Shown here piece by piece: positions 53,277-63,758 of a DNA stretch of 64,000 nt (its first letter is position 1; each line of letters opens with the position of its first letter). A program made the position numbers and the translations under genes. The notes under the pieces were generated by a model. It had not been told where the DNA came from and searched no databases. It saw only the letters and a program-made list of their open reading frames with translations. Source of the stretch: an uncultured Candidatus Saccharibacteria bacterium (GTDB taxonomy: Bacteria > Patescibacteriota > Saccharimonadia > CAILAD01 > BJGX01); the NCBI GenBank assembly GCA_964637185.1, contig CAZWVB010000001.1:68539-132538 (forward strand), in the 5' to 3' direction.

Positions 53277-54706
53277 GCAAAAAGTATACTCCAACTATAG
53301 GTATCGAGATCCACACTCAGTTGGCCACAGACAGCAAGATGTTTTGTGCTTGCCCCAGTGACGATCGAGGTGCTGCGCCCAACACCAACGTCTGCCCGGT
53401 ATGCTTGGCTCTGCCCGGAGCTTTGCCGGTGCCCAATCGCCGTGCTGTCGAGTTGGCAATCAAACTCGGTCTGGGTATCAATGCCAATATCAATGAGCTT
53501 AGTCGTTTTGACCGCAAAAATTATTTCTACCCTGATTCACCCAAAGGCTACCAAATCACTCAGATGGATTTGCCAATCGTGTCTGATGGCAAAGTAGAAA
53601 TATTGATTGATGGCGAGTTTCGGACCATTCGAGTCAATCGCGCTCATCTTGAAGAAGATGCTGGTAAGTCTATCCATCCGGCAGGCAAGGCCTACAGCCT
53701 GGTAGATCTCAACCGAGCCGGTACGCCGTTACTCGAGATAGTCTCAGAGCCTGATATGCATAGCCCTCTGGAGGCCCGTCGCTATCTACAGGAAATATAC
53801 AATATCGCCACAACTCTTGGCGTGACACGCGGCGATCTGCAACACGGTAATTTCAAATTTGACCTCAATGTCTCAGTATCTGACACTGAAAATCTCGGCA
53901 CCCGTACTGAGCTCAAAAATCTCAACTCATTTCGTCATGCCGAGAAAGCTCTCACCTACGAAATCCAGCGCCAGATTGAGCTGATCGAAAAAGGCGAGAC
54001 GGTGGTACAAGAAACGCGTGGTTACAACGATGCCAAGGGCATCACGGTCAGTCAGCGCGGTAAGGAAGAAGCACATGATTATCGGTATTTCCCAGAGCCT
54101 GATATTCCACCGGTAGTTGTAACAAGAAAAATGATAGAAAGTGCACGCAAGGATATCTCAGTTTTGCCGATCGAAGTACGCCGCGAACTAATTGAGTTGG
54201 GGCTCAATGTTGATGAGCAAGATGTGCTTATAGGCCAAGCCAAGACGATGGAGATATTTCAGGCTGCTCGTGACCAGGTCAATGATCAAAAAGGCACCAA
54301 AAGATTGGTCAATTGGTTGGTCGGCGATTACCAGGCTTGGCTCGCGGAGCATAGCGAACAGGAATCCAAGCTAAGCGGTGAGGCGTTGGCAGATCTTGTG
54401 AATCTGATAACATCCAATACCATCAGCAACGCTATCGCCAAAGACATATTTGCAGATGTCATAGCAGGTGGTTGGCCGCAAGAGATAGTTGACAAAAGAG
54501 GCCTGGCCCAACTATCCGATGATTCAGCGATCGAACAAATAATTCGTGATGTAATATCACAAAACCCACAGGCCAAGGCCGACTTTGCGGCTGGTAAGCC
54601 TCAAGCCATCGGTTTCCTGATGGGGCAGATCATGAAGGCCAGCAAAGGCCAGGCCAACCCTAGCAAAGCACAGGCACTTTTGGCTACAATATTGAAGGAG
54701 GATTAA
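53273..54706 (+). CDS. gatB: Amidotransferase subunit B
   Basis: GIEIH, RKNYFYPD, HLEEDAG and YRYFPEPD motifs. Confidence 0.97.
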   Translation: MSKKYTPTIGIEIHTQLATDSKMFCACPSDDRGAAPNTNVCPVCLALPGALPVPNRRAVELAIKLGLGINANINELSRFDRKNYFYPDSPKGYQITQMDLPIVSDGKVEILIDGEFRTIRVNRAHLEEDAGKSIHPAGKAYSLVDLNRAGTPLLEIVSEPDMHSPLEARRYLQEIYNIATTLGVTRGDLQHGNFKFDLNVSVSDTENLGTRTELKNLNSFRHAEKALTYEIQRQIELIEKGETVVQETRGYNDAKGITVSQRGKEEAHDYRYFPEPDIPPVVVTRKMIESARKDISVLPIEVRRELIELGLNVDEQDVLIGQAKTMEIFQAARDQVNDQKGTKRLVNWLVGDYQAWLAEHSEQESKLSGEALADLVNLITSNTISNAIAKDIFADVIAGGWPQEIVDKRGLAQLSDDSAIEQIIRDVISQNPQAKADFAAGKPQAIGFLMGQIMKASKGQANPSKAQALLATILKED

Positions 54707-55336
54707 ATGCAACCATTTGGCTTAGACTTAACCAAAGGCGTACAGAACATAACTGTTAGCTTCAATAGTATTGTGCCTAACATACCGCGGGCACTGCTAT
54801 TTCTATTGATTGGTATCATTGTAGTCAAACTCATCAACCGTCTTAGCAAACCAATTTTGCGACTCACGCATTGGCCAATTGGTTTGCAGGAGATAATGCA
54901 AACCGTGATACGATTGGTAGCCTGGGCTTTTCTTGCTATCGCGTTTTTGCAAGTGATTGGCCTAAGCTCAGTAGCATTGGCGTTGACTGGCTCAGTAGCG
55001 GTGTTGGCAATTGGTTTTAGCTCGGGACTGTCCGGACTAGTCGCCGACTTGGTAGCAGGGTTGCAAATAGCTAACGACAAAGATTTCAAAGTCGGCTACA
55101 AAGTAATTGCTGGTGATCGTAAGACCGAGGGTATAGTGCGTGAGATGGATATCAAGAAGATCCGTATTGAGGACGCTGATGGGCATATACATGTCATTGC
55201 CAACTCGCTAGTTGAAAAAAACGAGTGGATCGTGTTGGAGCGACACGTACACAGCAAGATGCCGCAGTCATCTGTTATAATGAAGAAAGCCAAACAGTCT
55301 GCCAATACAATTAAGCAGAAAGTGAGTAAGAAATGA
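54707..55336 (+). CDS. Small mechanosensitive channel (MscS family, short)
   Basis: TM region then D.VAG..I..D..FKVG..V..EG.V. Confidence 0.8.
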   Translation: MQPFGLDLTKGVQNITVSFNSIVPNIPRALLFLLIGIIVVKLINRLSKPILRLTHWPIGLQEIMQTVIRLVAWAFLAIAFLQVIGLSSVALALTGSVAVLAIGFSSGLSGLVADLVAGLQIANDKDFKVGYKVIAGDRKTEGIVREMDIKKIRIEDADGHIHVIANSLVEKNEWIVLERHVHSKMPQSSVIMKKAKQSANTIKQKVSKK

Positions 55337-55608
55337 CGGGATTGGAAATAGCTTTATTAAGTGTAGTGTCAGTTGGGGTACTAATTTTGATAGTCTATAC
55401 GATCGTATTTCTAGTAATCATGGTCAAGACCATGAAACAGATTAAGATAGCGGCCGAGAAGGTTCAAGAGGGTGCCGATCAAGCTGTCGATCTAGTCGAT
55501 GAAGTGCGTCGCACTGTAGTGAACCCTGGCATTATAGCTATGATGATAGACAAATATTTCTCCAAAGCTCGCAAGAGAGCACGCAACCGCCAAAAGGATG
55601 AAGAATAA
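55333..55608 (+). CDS. Small membrane protein (DUF948-like)
   Basis: N-terminal TM plus coiled coil, preceding YtxH. Confidence 0.6.
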   Translation: MTGLEIALLSVVSVGVLILIVYTIVFLVIMVKTMKQIKIAAEKVQEGADQAVDLVDEVRRTVVNPGIIAMMIDKYFSKARKRARNRQKDEE

Positions 55609-56072
55609 TGGCCCGACGCGGCTTTCTCAAGGGGGCAATAGTCGGAGGTATAATCGCTGGTGTAGCGGGCGTGTTATTTGCACCCAAGAAAGGCTCAGCA
55701 ACCCGACGTGATCTAAAAAAGAAGATAGATACTACCCAGCGTGATCTCAATAAGAAATTGCAAGAGGCCAAGAATAACGGCTCGGCTGAGACCAAACAAC
55801 TTATTGAGTCTGGTGAGAAAATAGCCAAAGAGCTCGGTCGGCGCAGTGATGAGTTGGGTGACGAAGCCAAGAAGATTGGCCGAGTTAGTGTAGACGAAGC
55901 CAAAATACTGTCACACAAAGCAGCCGAGCTGATGCTGGAGCTAGCTGAGGCTACCCAAAAGTCAGTCAAGAGAGGCCAACGCAACTACAAGAAAATGTCG
56001 CGCGAGCAAGCTGCCAATCAAAAACCTGCGACTAAGGCCAATGTCAACAAACCATCCTCAAAAACCAAGTAG
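55608..56072 (+). CDS. YtxH-domain protein
   Basis: FLKGAIVGG..GVLFAPKKG..TR motif. Confidence 0.85.
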   Translation: MARRGFLKGAIVGGIIAGVAGVLFAPKKGSATRRDLKKKIDTTQRDLNKKLQEAKNNGSAETKQLIESGEKIAKELGRRSDELGDEAKKIGRVSVDEAKILSHKAAELMLELAEATQKSVKRGQRNYKKMSREQAANQKPATKANVNKPSSKTK

Positions 56073-56316
56073 GTTGGATCGTAAGGCTACCGATAGCGTA
56101 AGTATTGATGCAGTCGCAGAGCTACTTCATAACCCGCGCAAGCTGTGGTGGCTAAATTTTAAGACTGGACTCACGCGTGGCTTTGCTGGTGTACTTGGAG
56201 CTGCCTTGGCAATTGTAATTATTGGGTTTTTGGTAGCTAAGCTGGGCGGCTTGCCGATTGTTGGGGATTTCCTGCGCGAAGTCGGCAATGCTACTTCTAC
56301 TAGTTCTAGCAAGTAA
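56041..56316 (+). CDS. DUF5665-like membrane protein
   Basis: WLNF.TGL.RG.AG.LG..LPIVG. Confidence 0.7.
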   Translation: MSTNHPQKPSRLDRKATDSVSIDAVAELLHNPRKLWWLNFKTGLTRGFAGVLGAALAIVIIGFLVAKLGGLPIVGDFLREVGNATSTSSSK

Positions 56317-56353
56317 TATCCATCCCACAACATTTCATAGATTGAAATATTCT

Positions 56354-56399
56354 GGGGTAGATCCGTCCCGACACCGAAGTGTCGAGACGGTCACCCTCC
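56354..56399 (-). terminator. GC-rich 3' hairpin with cUUCGg loop
   Basis: Minus strand ccgtctcgacac-ttcg-gtgtcgggacgg. Confidence 0.6.
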
Positions 56400-56403
56400 T
56401 AGC

Positions 56404-56766
56404 TCAGCTGACCAGTGCGTGCGACTGTCGCTCCAACACCGTGAGGAAGTGCTCATGGATACGCCGCTTCACGGCATGGCCTGGAGCCTCATCGATGATG
56501 CCGAGCATCCGTACCTGCAGGCGAGCGTCCTCTTCGGTGGTGAAGAGAGCGATTGCATCCTGCGGGCTGTTCGGGTTGAGGATCACACGCAGGATGCGTG
56601 GGTTGGTGTCAGAGTGAGATACGTGGATCTCGAGCTCCTTGCCTTCGATGTTCACCAGCACCCTGGTGTAACGTCCGCGCTCGTCCTCGACGCGGAGGCG
56701 ACCCTGCCCCTGCAGGAAGGCCTCGAACAGTCGACGTACCAGCTGGATTGTCAAATCGGTAGACAT
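56404..56766 (-). CDS. GC-rich orphan protein
   Basis: AAGGAGGTGA SD; TTGAAA-17-TATAAT promoter. Confidence 0.75.
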   Translation of the reverse strand: MSTDLTIQLVRRLFEAFLQGQGRLRVEDERGRYTRVLVNIEGKELEIHVSHSDTNPRILRVILNPNSPQDAIALFTTEEDARLQVRMLGIIDEAPGHAVKRRIHEHFLTVLERQSHALVS

Positions 56767-56878
56767 GGTCACCTCCTTCTGGTGCTTGATGGGTCTACCA
56801 ACGGTGAGCGGTATTATAAGTGATATTTACAACTATTTCAAGCTTAATAAGCATCAAGTCTTCTAGTACAATAGATGT

Positions 56879-59800
56879 ATGGCGGAGGCGGAGACACCAG
56901 CTACCAATGAAGTTATCGAAAAAGCTCGCAAGGCCCAAGGCTTTGTGGACTTTGTGCACCTGCATAATCATACTCACTACAGCCTACTTGATGGTCTACA
57001 AAAAGTGCCTCAGTTGGTGGACAAGATAGAAGCACTGGGCCAAACATCGGTGGCTATCACCGACCATGGCAGCATGAGCGGAGCCATTGAGTTTTACAAA
57101 GCTTGCAAAGAGCGTGCTATCAAACCAATTATCGGTATGGAGACCTACGTAGCGCCTCGCAAACACACTGACAAGAGCAGTGTCGAGGATCGCAATCCAT
57201 ATCACCTCACACTACTGGCGCAAAATCGACAAGGTTATCAAAATCTCATGCGTCTTAGTACCATAGCCAATCTAGACGGGTTTTACTACAAGCCCCGTGT
57301 CGATCACGATCTACTCAAGAAATATCGTGAAGGCCTCGTGGTATTGTCGGGCTGTGCGGGTGGTGAGGTAGGCACATATTTACTCAACGATGACTTTGAG
57401 CGCGCTCTCGAAACTGCCAAATGGTACCAAAAAGTGTTTGGTCCAGATCACTATTATTTGGAGATGCAGCCACATATCGAGCAGGATTTTCAACGCAAGG
57501 TCAATGAAGGCGTGCAGAAAATTGCTAAGATCACCAACATACCTTTGGTGGTGACGGGCGATGCGCACTATACCGACAGCGATAATCACTATGCTCACGA
57601 CATCTTGCTGTGTGTGCAGACTGGTTCGACTGTCGAAGATACCAATCGCATGAAGCTCGAGATGGATCTGTCTGTCAATAGTGGTGCGGCAATGCTTGAG
57701 AAATTCCCAGATCATCCAGAAGCGATAAGCAATACTGTCAAGATATCACAGATGTGCGATCTCGAAATAGAGCTAGGTAAGATATTGATCCCACGCTTTG
57801 AGGTGCCTCAGGGCGAGACCGAGAAAAGCTACCTTCGCAAATTGGTTTTTCAAGGCGCCGCTTTTCGTTATGCCGGTGTTAGCAAAGGCAAGATGGCCAA
57901 GTTGAGTGAAGCTGATGTAGCCCCCAAACTTGGCAAGGATGTGATGGAAAGAATTGAATATGAACTGGGTGTGATTGGTGATATGGGCTACGAAGGCTAC
58001 ATGCTGATAGTGGCTGATCTGATCAATTGGAGTAAAAATCAAGGCATCATCTGCGGACCAGGGCGTGGTAGCGCGGCAGGTAGCATCATTAGCTATGTCA
58101 CCGGTATTACCGAGCTAGATCCACTCAAATACGATCTACTTTTTGAGCGCTTTCTCAATCCCGACCGTATTAGCATGCCGGATATCGATATGGATTATGC
58201 AGACGATCGTCGCGAAGAAGTGATTGCCTATGCCACTGAAAAATATGGTCATAGCCAAGTCGCACAGATTATTACCTTTGGTATCATGGCAGCACGCAAT
58301 GCGGTACGTGACACTGGGCGGGTACTGGGTATTGGATATGGCGAGGTCGATGCGATTGCCAAAAAAATACCTGCTCCGGTGCAAGGTCGACATATACCGC
58401 TACACAAATTGATAGTAGACGATCCAGAGTTGCAGACTGAATACCAGAAAAACCCTCAGGCCAAGCAGGTGATAGATGTTGCTATGCAACTTGAGGGTAC
58501 CATACGTAACGCCGGCACACACGCGGCTGGCGTTGTGATAGCGCCCGATGACTTGGTCAAGTTTGTGCCGTTGACACGTGCCAGCAAGGGCGGTGTATCG
58601 ACACAGTTTATCGGTACTACCATTGAAGAGTTGGGTCTGCTGAAATTTGATTTCTTGGGTCTGAGCAACCTCACCATTATCAAAAACGCTCTGCGCATAG
58701 TCCGCAAAGTCTACGGGCAGGAGATTGATCCGACAGAGATACCAATCGACGACCCAAAGACCTACGAACTGTTTGCGCGTGGCGACACTACTGGTGTGTT
58801 CCAATTTGAATCGGCTGGCATGAAACGCTATTTGCGCGATCTCAAGCCGGATAGATTTGATGACATTATCGCTATGGGGGCTCTCTATCGCCCTGGTCCC
58901 ATGCAATGGATTGATGATTTTATCAATCGCAAACACAATCCCGATCTAGTCCAATACGGTCACCCAAAGATGCAAGCAGCGCTCGAAAACACCTATGGCG
59001 TGATAGTGTATCAGGAGCAGGTCATGCAGATTGCCAAAGACATGTGCGGCTTCACTGGCGGTCAAGCCGATACCTTGCGCAAAGGCATTGGCAAGAAAAT
59101 CCCCGAAGTTCTGGCCAAGATGAAAAAAGACTTTATCCAGGGCGCTATCAAAACCAGTCAGGTAGACAAAAAGTTCGTCGAGGATCTGTGGAAAGGGCTC
59201 GAAGACTTTGCGGCCTATAGCTTCAATAAAAGTCATGCGGCTTGTTACGCTCTTATCGCTGTGCAAACTGCTTGGCTCAAGGCACACTATCCAGCGGCAT
59301 TTATGGCGGCATTGCTTACCTCCGATCATGAAAACTTGGATCGGATTGCCATCGAAGTGGCTGAGTGCAAGAAGATGGGACTTGAAGTATTGGCGCCGGA
59401 TATCAACGAGAGCTTCGCTGAATTCGCAGTAGTACCAGATAGCAACAAGATTCGTTTTGGCCTAGGCGCTATCAAAAATGTTGGTATGGGTCCAGTCGAG
59501 AAAATACTTGAGGCACGCGATGAAGGCGGCGCATTTAAAACCATAGAGGATTTTTGCCGCCGCGTCGACGCTACCGTGATCAACAAAAAAGTCATGGAGT
59601 CACTATTCAAATGCGGCGCATTTGATGGTTTTGGCGACCGTGATATGTTGCTGGAGAATATGGATCGCATCACCATGTACGCTGCTAAGGTGCAGAAGAG
59701 TGCTCTGAGCGGGCAGATCGACATCTTTGGCTCAATGGGTATGGAGGCTGAGATACCACCACTCCAGCTCGATACGGCCACTAATACCAGTGATTCACGT

Positions 59801-60496
59801 ACCCGACTGATGTGGGAGAAGGAGTTATTGGGATTGTATATCAGCAAACATCCGCTCGACGATTTTCGCAATTATCTACTCAACAAAACGCAAAGTATCA
59901 AGAAGTACAATCGCAATCACGACGGTACGGTGCTGACGGTCGGCGGCATAGTCACTGGTATGCGCAAGATTTACACCAAGAACAACGATCCAATGGCCTT
60001 TGTACAACTTGAGACACTAGATGGTGATCTGGAAGTGATAGTATTTCCACGCACCTATGAGAAGGTCGGCGATATGTTGGTAGAAGATGCAGTACTGGAG
60101 ATCAAGGGCAAGATCAACGCTCGAGATCGCGAAGGCAATGCCACTGATGAGCTCAAGGTTATGGCAGACGCCGTCAAGAAGATAGACTTCGATGTGGCCA
60201 AGCACATGCCAACTCCCAAACAAAAACCAGCCGAGCCTGAGCCAGCTGATGCCGCAGCAATTTTCTTGCGCTTGCCGGATAGTACGGATCAAGAGCGCCT
60301 ACTCAAGGTGAAGTCAATCTTGGATACGGCCAAAGGCAATATTCCCGTGGTACTTTATTTCGTTAGCTCCGGTCAGGCCATGAGACTGCCTGGCGGAGTT
60401 GATATTACTGAAGATCTAAAAACACAATTATCATCACTGATAGGCAAAGAAAATTGCAAAATCCAAACCAAACCAACTACCCCTCAGAGAGCTTGA
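56879..60496 (+). CDS. dnaE: DNA polymerase III alpha subunit
   Basis: PHP domain HLHNH..SLLDG, GRGSAAG, PDIDMD, FNKSH and OB fold. Confidence 0.97.
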   Translation: MAEAETPATNEVIEKARKAQGFVDFVHLHNHTHYSLLDGLQKVPQLVDKIEALGQTSVAITDHGSMSGAIEFYKACKERAIKPIIGMETYVAPRKHTDKSSVEDRNPYHLTLLAQNRQGYQNLMRLSTIANLDGFYYKPRVDHDLLKKYREGLVVLSGCAGGEVGTYLLNDDFERALETAKWYQKVFGPDHYYLEMQPHIEQDFQRKVNEGVQKIAKITNIPLVVTGDAHYTDSDNHYAHDILLCVQTGSTVEDTNRMKLEMDLSVNSGAAMLEKFPDHPEAISNTVKISQMCDLEIELGKILIPRFEVPQGETEKSYLRKLVFQGAAFRYAGVSKGKMAKLSEADVAPKLGKDVMERIEYELGVIGDMGYEGYMLIVADLINWSKNQGIICGPGRGSAAGSIISYVTGITELDPLKYDLLFERFLNPDRISMPDIDMDYADDRREEVIAYATEKYGHSQVAQIITFGIMAARNAVRDTGRVLGIGYGEVDAIAKKIPAPVQGRHIPLHKLIVDDPELQTEYQKNPQAKQVIDVAMQLEGTIRNAGTHAAGVVIAPDDLVKFVPLTRASKGGVSTQFIGTTIEELGLLKFDFLGLSNLTIIKNALRIVRKVYGQEIDPTEIPIDDPKTYELFARGDTTGVFQFESAGMKRYLRDLKPDRFDDIIAMGALYRPGPMQWIDDFINRKHNPDLVQYGHPKMQAALENTYGVIVYQEQVMQIAKDMCGFTGGQADTLRKGIGKKIPEVLAKMKKDFIQGAIKTSQVDKKFVEDLWKGLEDFAAYSFNKSHAACYALIAVQTAWLKAHYPAAFMAALLTSDHENLDRIAIEVAECKKMGLEVLAPDINESFAEFAVVPDSNKIRFGLGAIKNVGMGPVEKILEARDEGGAFKTIEDFCRRVDATVINKKVMESLFKCGAFDGFGDRDMLLENMDRITMYAAKVQKSALSGQIDIFGSMGMEAEIPPLQLDTATNTSDSRTRLMWEKELLGLYISKHPLDDFRNYLLNKTQSIKKYNRNHDGTVLTVGGIVTGMRKIYTKNNDPMAFVQLETLDGDLEVIVFPRTYEKVGDMLVEDAVLEIKGKINARDREGNATDELKVMADAVKKIDFDVAKHMPTPKQKPAEPEPADAAAIFLRLPDSTDQERLLKVKSILDTAKGNIPVVLYFVSSGQAMRLPGGVDITEDLKTQLSSLIGKENCKIQTKPTTPQRA

Positions 60497-60530
60497 ATAT
60501 TTAGCTCCGTTATGCTATTATGGAGCGATC

Positions 60531-61193
60531 ATGAACAAGATCGAGGCACTCGAGCAGACTATGAAGAAGGCCAAGATCGCCGATATCCGTGTCGGCGATA
60601 CTGTGCGCGTGCACCAGAAAATCCGTGAAGGCAACAAGACCCGTGTACAGGTATTCGAAGGATTGGTGATACGTTACCGCAAGGTTAATAGCCTGGCGGC
60701 TTATCTGACAGTACGCAAGATAGCTAGTGGTGTGGGTGTAGAGAAGAGCTGGTTTGTACACAGTCCCAATGTCGAGAAGATTCAGGTAGTCAAACGTAGC
60801 CGTGTGCGCCGCGCCTTCTTGACCTATATGCGGGAGCGCCGAGGTAAATCTGCCCGTCTAGCCGAAGCTGAGTTTGACAAGACAGTTGCCAATCAAGCAG
60901 ATGATCGTACAGCCGCCCAAATCGCTAATGAAGAGCAGAAGAAGATTGCCGATGAGGAGCAGAAGCTGGATGGTGACAAAGCCGCCAAAGATGATGCCCT
61001 CAACCAATCTGATACCGAAGAGATCGATACCGAAGTCAAGAAAGAGGACAAAGAAGCCGCCAAAGACGACGTCAATAGTGCCCAAGATGATCTCGCCGAT
61101 GGCGCCACTGTCGATGACAAAGTCAATGAAAGTGGCGACGACGAAGCCGCTCTGCCCGCCGAAGAGATCAAAGAAAAAGCCGATATTGACTGA
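60531..61193 (+). CDS. rplS: 50S ribosomal protein L19 with a long acidic C-terminal tail
   Basis: GDTVRVH..I.EG.K.RVQ.FEG and TVRKIASGVGVE motifs. Confidence 0.95.
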   Translation: MNKIEALEQTMKKAKIADIRVGDTVRVHQKIREGNKTRVQVFEGLVIRYRKVNSLAAYLTVRKIASGVGVEKSWFVHSPNVEKIQVVKRSRVRRAFLTYMRERRGKSARLAEAEFDKTVANQADDRTAAQIANEEQKKIADEEQKLDGDKAAKDDALNQSDTEEIDTEVKKEDKEAAKDDVNSAQDDLADGATVDDKVNESGDDEAALPAEEIKEKADID

Positions 61194-61261
61194 ATCCTCT
61201 AGCCTAAAATAAGTCTGGATTGATAAGACCCAATTGGGTCTTTTTTGATATACTGATGGGC

Positions 61262-61867
61262 ATGAGGGTGAGTGCAGGTTATCGTATGGAGAACAAATTG
61301 CGCCGAGATGGCAAACTTTTGATATGCGGCATCGATGAGGTCGGCCGGGGCTGTCTGGCAGGGCCGCTGGTGGCTGCTGCCGTAGTACTGCCCGAGGGCT
61401 GTCGGCTAAAGTTGCACGATTCCAAGCTGGTCAGTCGCGATGATCGCGAAGAGCTTGCACCCAAGATCAAAGCCAAAGCTATTGGCTATGGTCTGGGCTG
61501 GGTGAGTAATACTGAGATAGACGAGCTCGGTATGACTTGGGCATTGACCCTTGCCTACGAGCGTGCACTCGAAGACATCAATGTTGATATTAGTACCATC
61601 ATCATCGATGGTAATTACAATTATCTTTCCGAATACGAGATAGCTGAGACACTCGTCAAAGCAGATCAGAAGGTGGCCTGTGTGGCAGCCGCTAGTATCA
61701 TCGCAAAGGTAGCGCGCGATCAATATATGTATGAGTTTTGCCGGAAATATCCTGAGTATTGCTGGGACACCAATGTCGGCTACGCTACACGTGCCCATCG
61801 AGATGCCATAGCCGAGTACGGATTGACTGACCTGCATCGCCAGAGCTTTTGTAAAAACTTTGTATAG
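61262..61867 (+). CDS. rnhB: Ribonuclease HII
   Basis: GIDEVGRG, DSK, IDG, AASIIAKV.RD and HRQSF motifs. Confidence 0.95.
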   Translation: MRVSAGYRMENKLRRDGKLLICGIDEVGRGCLAGPLVAAAVVLPEGCRLKLHDSKLVSRDDREELAPKIKAKAIGYGLGWVSNTEIDELGMTWALTLAYERALEDINVDISTIIIDGNYNYLSEYEIAETLVKADQKVACVAAASIIAKVARDQYMYEFCRKYPEYCWDTNVGYATRAHRDAIAEYGLTDLHRQSFCKNFV

Positions 61868-61911
61868 GGCTTGTGCTCGCAACTACATAGCCCGTTGCTT
61901 ATTATTGTTCT

Positions 61912-62280
61912 ATGGCACAGCACAATATTGATGGCCACATCGCTGAACAACTAGCTTGTGATCATTTGCAGTCTCAAAAGTATAAGTTAGTGGAGCGCAA
62001 CTACCGCAACCGCTACTGTGAGATAGATATCATTGCCGCTCGCAAGTCCGAATTGGTGTTTGTCGAGGTCAAATATCGTCGCAGTGACTCACATGGTGGG
62101 CCGCTAGGAGCTGTCGGCTACTACAAAGCACAGCAGCTAGAGTTCGGGGCTCAGCTCTGGCTCAGCGAGCATCCGCGCTACGACGTCTATGGCAAACGAA
62201 TTGATGTGATAGCAATCACTGGTCCGATTGAAAATCCGTCAATTCAACAGATAGAAAATGCGGTCGGCACAAATATCTAA
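61912..62280 (+). CDS. YraN family (UPF0102) nuclease-like protein
   Basis: ERNYR..EIDII..LVFVEVK..RIDV. Confidence 0.9.
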   Translation: MAQHNIDGHIAEQLACDHLQSQKYKLVERNYRNRYCEIDIIAARKSELVFVEVKYRRSDSHGGPLGAVGYYKAQQLEFGAQLWLSEHPRYDVYGKRIDVIAITGPIENPSIQQIENAVGTNI

Positions 62281-62298
62281 AAACTTTAATTAGCACTC

Positions 62299-62406
62299 TT
62301 GACAGGCGAGTGCCAACGGCGCTACAATGGGATTATTCTGATACGGGAAGGATATCAGTCGGTAAGTAACACAAACTTTGGTGTTGTGAGTAGCCGACTT
62401 TTTTTG
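62299..62406 (+). promoter_or_regulatory. nusA promoter plus leader attenuator hairpin
   Basis: TTGACA-18-TACAAT, then agtcggt...gccgact followed by a T-run. Confidence 0.6.
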
Positions 62407-62451
62407 TCCCAAAAGTTCAGAGCACAATTGAATAATCGAAAGGATACAGAA

Positions 62452-63705
62452 ATGAATCAGAACAACCAATTTGCCTCGGCAATTGACCAAATATGTGAAG
62501 AAAAAGGACTTAGCAAGGACGTAGTGATCGAAGCTATCGAAGCCGCCCTGGCTGCTGCCTACAAGAAAGACTTTGGCGACAAAGACCAGGAGGTCCGTGT
62601 GGTATTTGACCCCAATACTGCTGAGTCTCGTATATTTGTAAGCAAAGAAGTTGTGGCTGATGTCGAACATCCCGATATTCAGATGAGCCTGACGGATGCC
62701 CAGAAGATCAAGGACGACGCTGCTATAGGTGACATGGTGGAATATGAGGTACATGAGAATGACTTCGGCCGCGTAGCTGCTCAGACCGCCAAGCAGGTGA
62801 TAGTACAGCGCATTCGCGAGGCTGAGCGCGATGTGATCTTCGGTGAATTTAGTGACAAAGAGGGCACAATTGTAAATACTACAGTGCAGCGGGTGGAAAA
62901 CGGCAATGTCTACGTCGATCTAGGCAAGGCTACTGGCGTGATATTTCCCAATGACCAGATCAATGGCGAACGCTATTATCCTGGCCAACGCATCAAAGTC
63001 TATGTAGTGCGCGTCGAACAAACTCAGCGCGGACCACAGATCGTAGTCAGTCGTACTCATCCAGAAATGATTCGTAAGCTGTTTGAGATGGAAGTCCCAG
63101 AAATAGCTGCTGGCTCAGTTGAGATCGCTGGTATCGCTCGCGAGGCTGGAGGCCGTAGCAAGATAGCTGTCAAAAGCAACGCTGAGGGCGTAGACCCAGT
63201 CGGTACATTTGTCGGTGGCCGTGGCACCCGTGTACAAGCCGTGATGGCCGAGCTCGGTGAAGAGAAGATAGATATCATCAACTATAGTGAAGACCCAGCT
63301 GAATATATCGCTTCGGCTCTGTCGCCTACCAAAGTAGTGTCGGTCAAACTCGATGAAGAGAACAAGAAAGCCTTGGTCAAAGTACCTGAGGATCAACTCA
63401 GCCTAGCTATCGGCAAGGCTGGTCAAAATGTCCGCTTGGCCGCCAAGCTGACAGGCTGGAATGTCGACATCGACGGTGCCGATGACTCCGGTGTCGAAGC
63501 TACCGCTGAAGCCAGTGCTGAGAAGCCAGCCAAGAAAAAGACGGGCGATCTCGAAGATTCACTGATTGCCAGTATTAGTACAGACGAAGATCCAGCCAAA
63601 CAGGTAGAAGCTACTGAGGCTGCTGATGCGGTTAATACCGACGAGGCTGCCGAAGCCAATGCTGAGAAGTCAGAGGCTGAGCCCAAAGCTGACGACAAAG
63701 CATAA
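62452..63705 (+). CDS. nusA: Transcription termination/antitermination factor NusA
   Basis: FGRVAAQTAKQ, S1/KH domains and LAIGKAGQNVRLA. Confidence 0.96.
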   Translation: MNQNNQFASAIDQICEEKGLSKDVVIEAIEAALAAAYKKDFGDKDQEVRVVFDPNTAESRIFVSKEVVADVEHPDIQMSLTDAQKIKDDAAIGDMVEYEVHENDFGRVAAQTAKQVIVQRIREAERDVIFGEFSDKEGTIVNTTVQRVENGNVYVDLGKATGVIFPNDQINGERYYPGQRIKVYVVRVEQTQRGPQIVVSRTHPEMIRKLFEMEVPEIAAGSVEIAGIAREAGGRSKIAVKSNAEGVDPVGTFVGGRGTRVQAVMAELGEEKIDIINYSEDPAEYIASALSPTKVVSVKLDEENKKALVKVPEDQLSLAIGKAGQNVRLAAKLTGWNVDIDGADDSGVEATAEASAEKPAKKKTGDLEDSLIASISTDEDPAKQVEATEAADAVNTDEAAEANAEKSEAEPKADDKA

Positions 63706-63758
63706 CAAGCATGTAGTTTGGTGCCAGTTTGTGGCACAATATAGATAGGAGGATGCCA

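Noticed and set aside
56879-60496. Intein in dnaE
   Set aside because: The length is normal and I see no splice-junction or LAGLIDADG motifs
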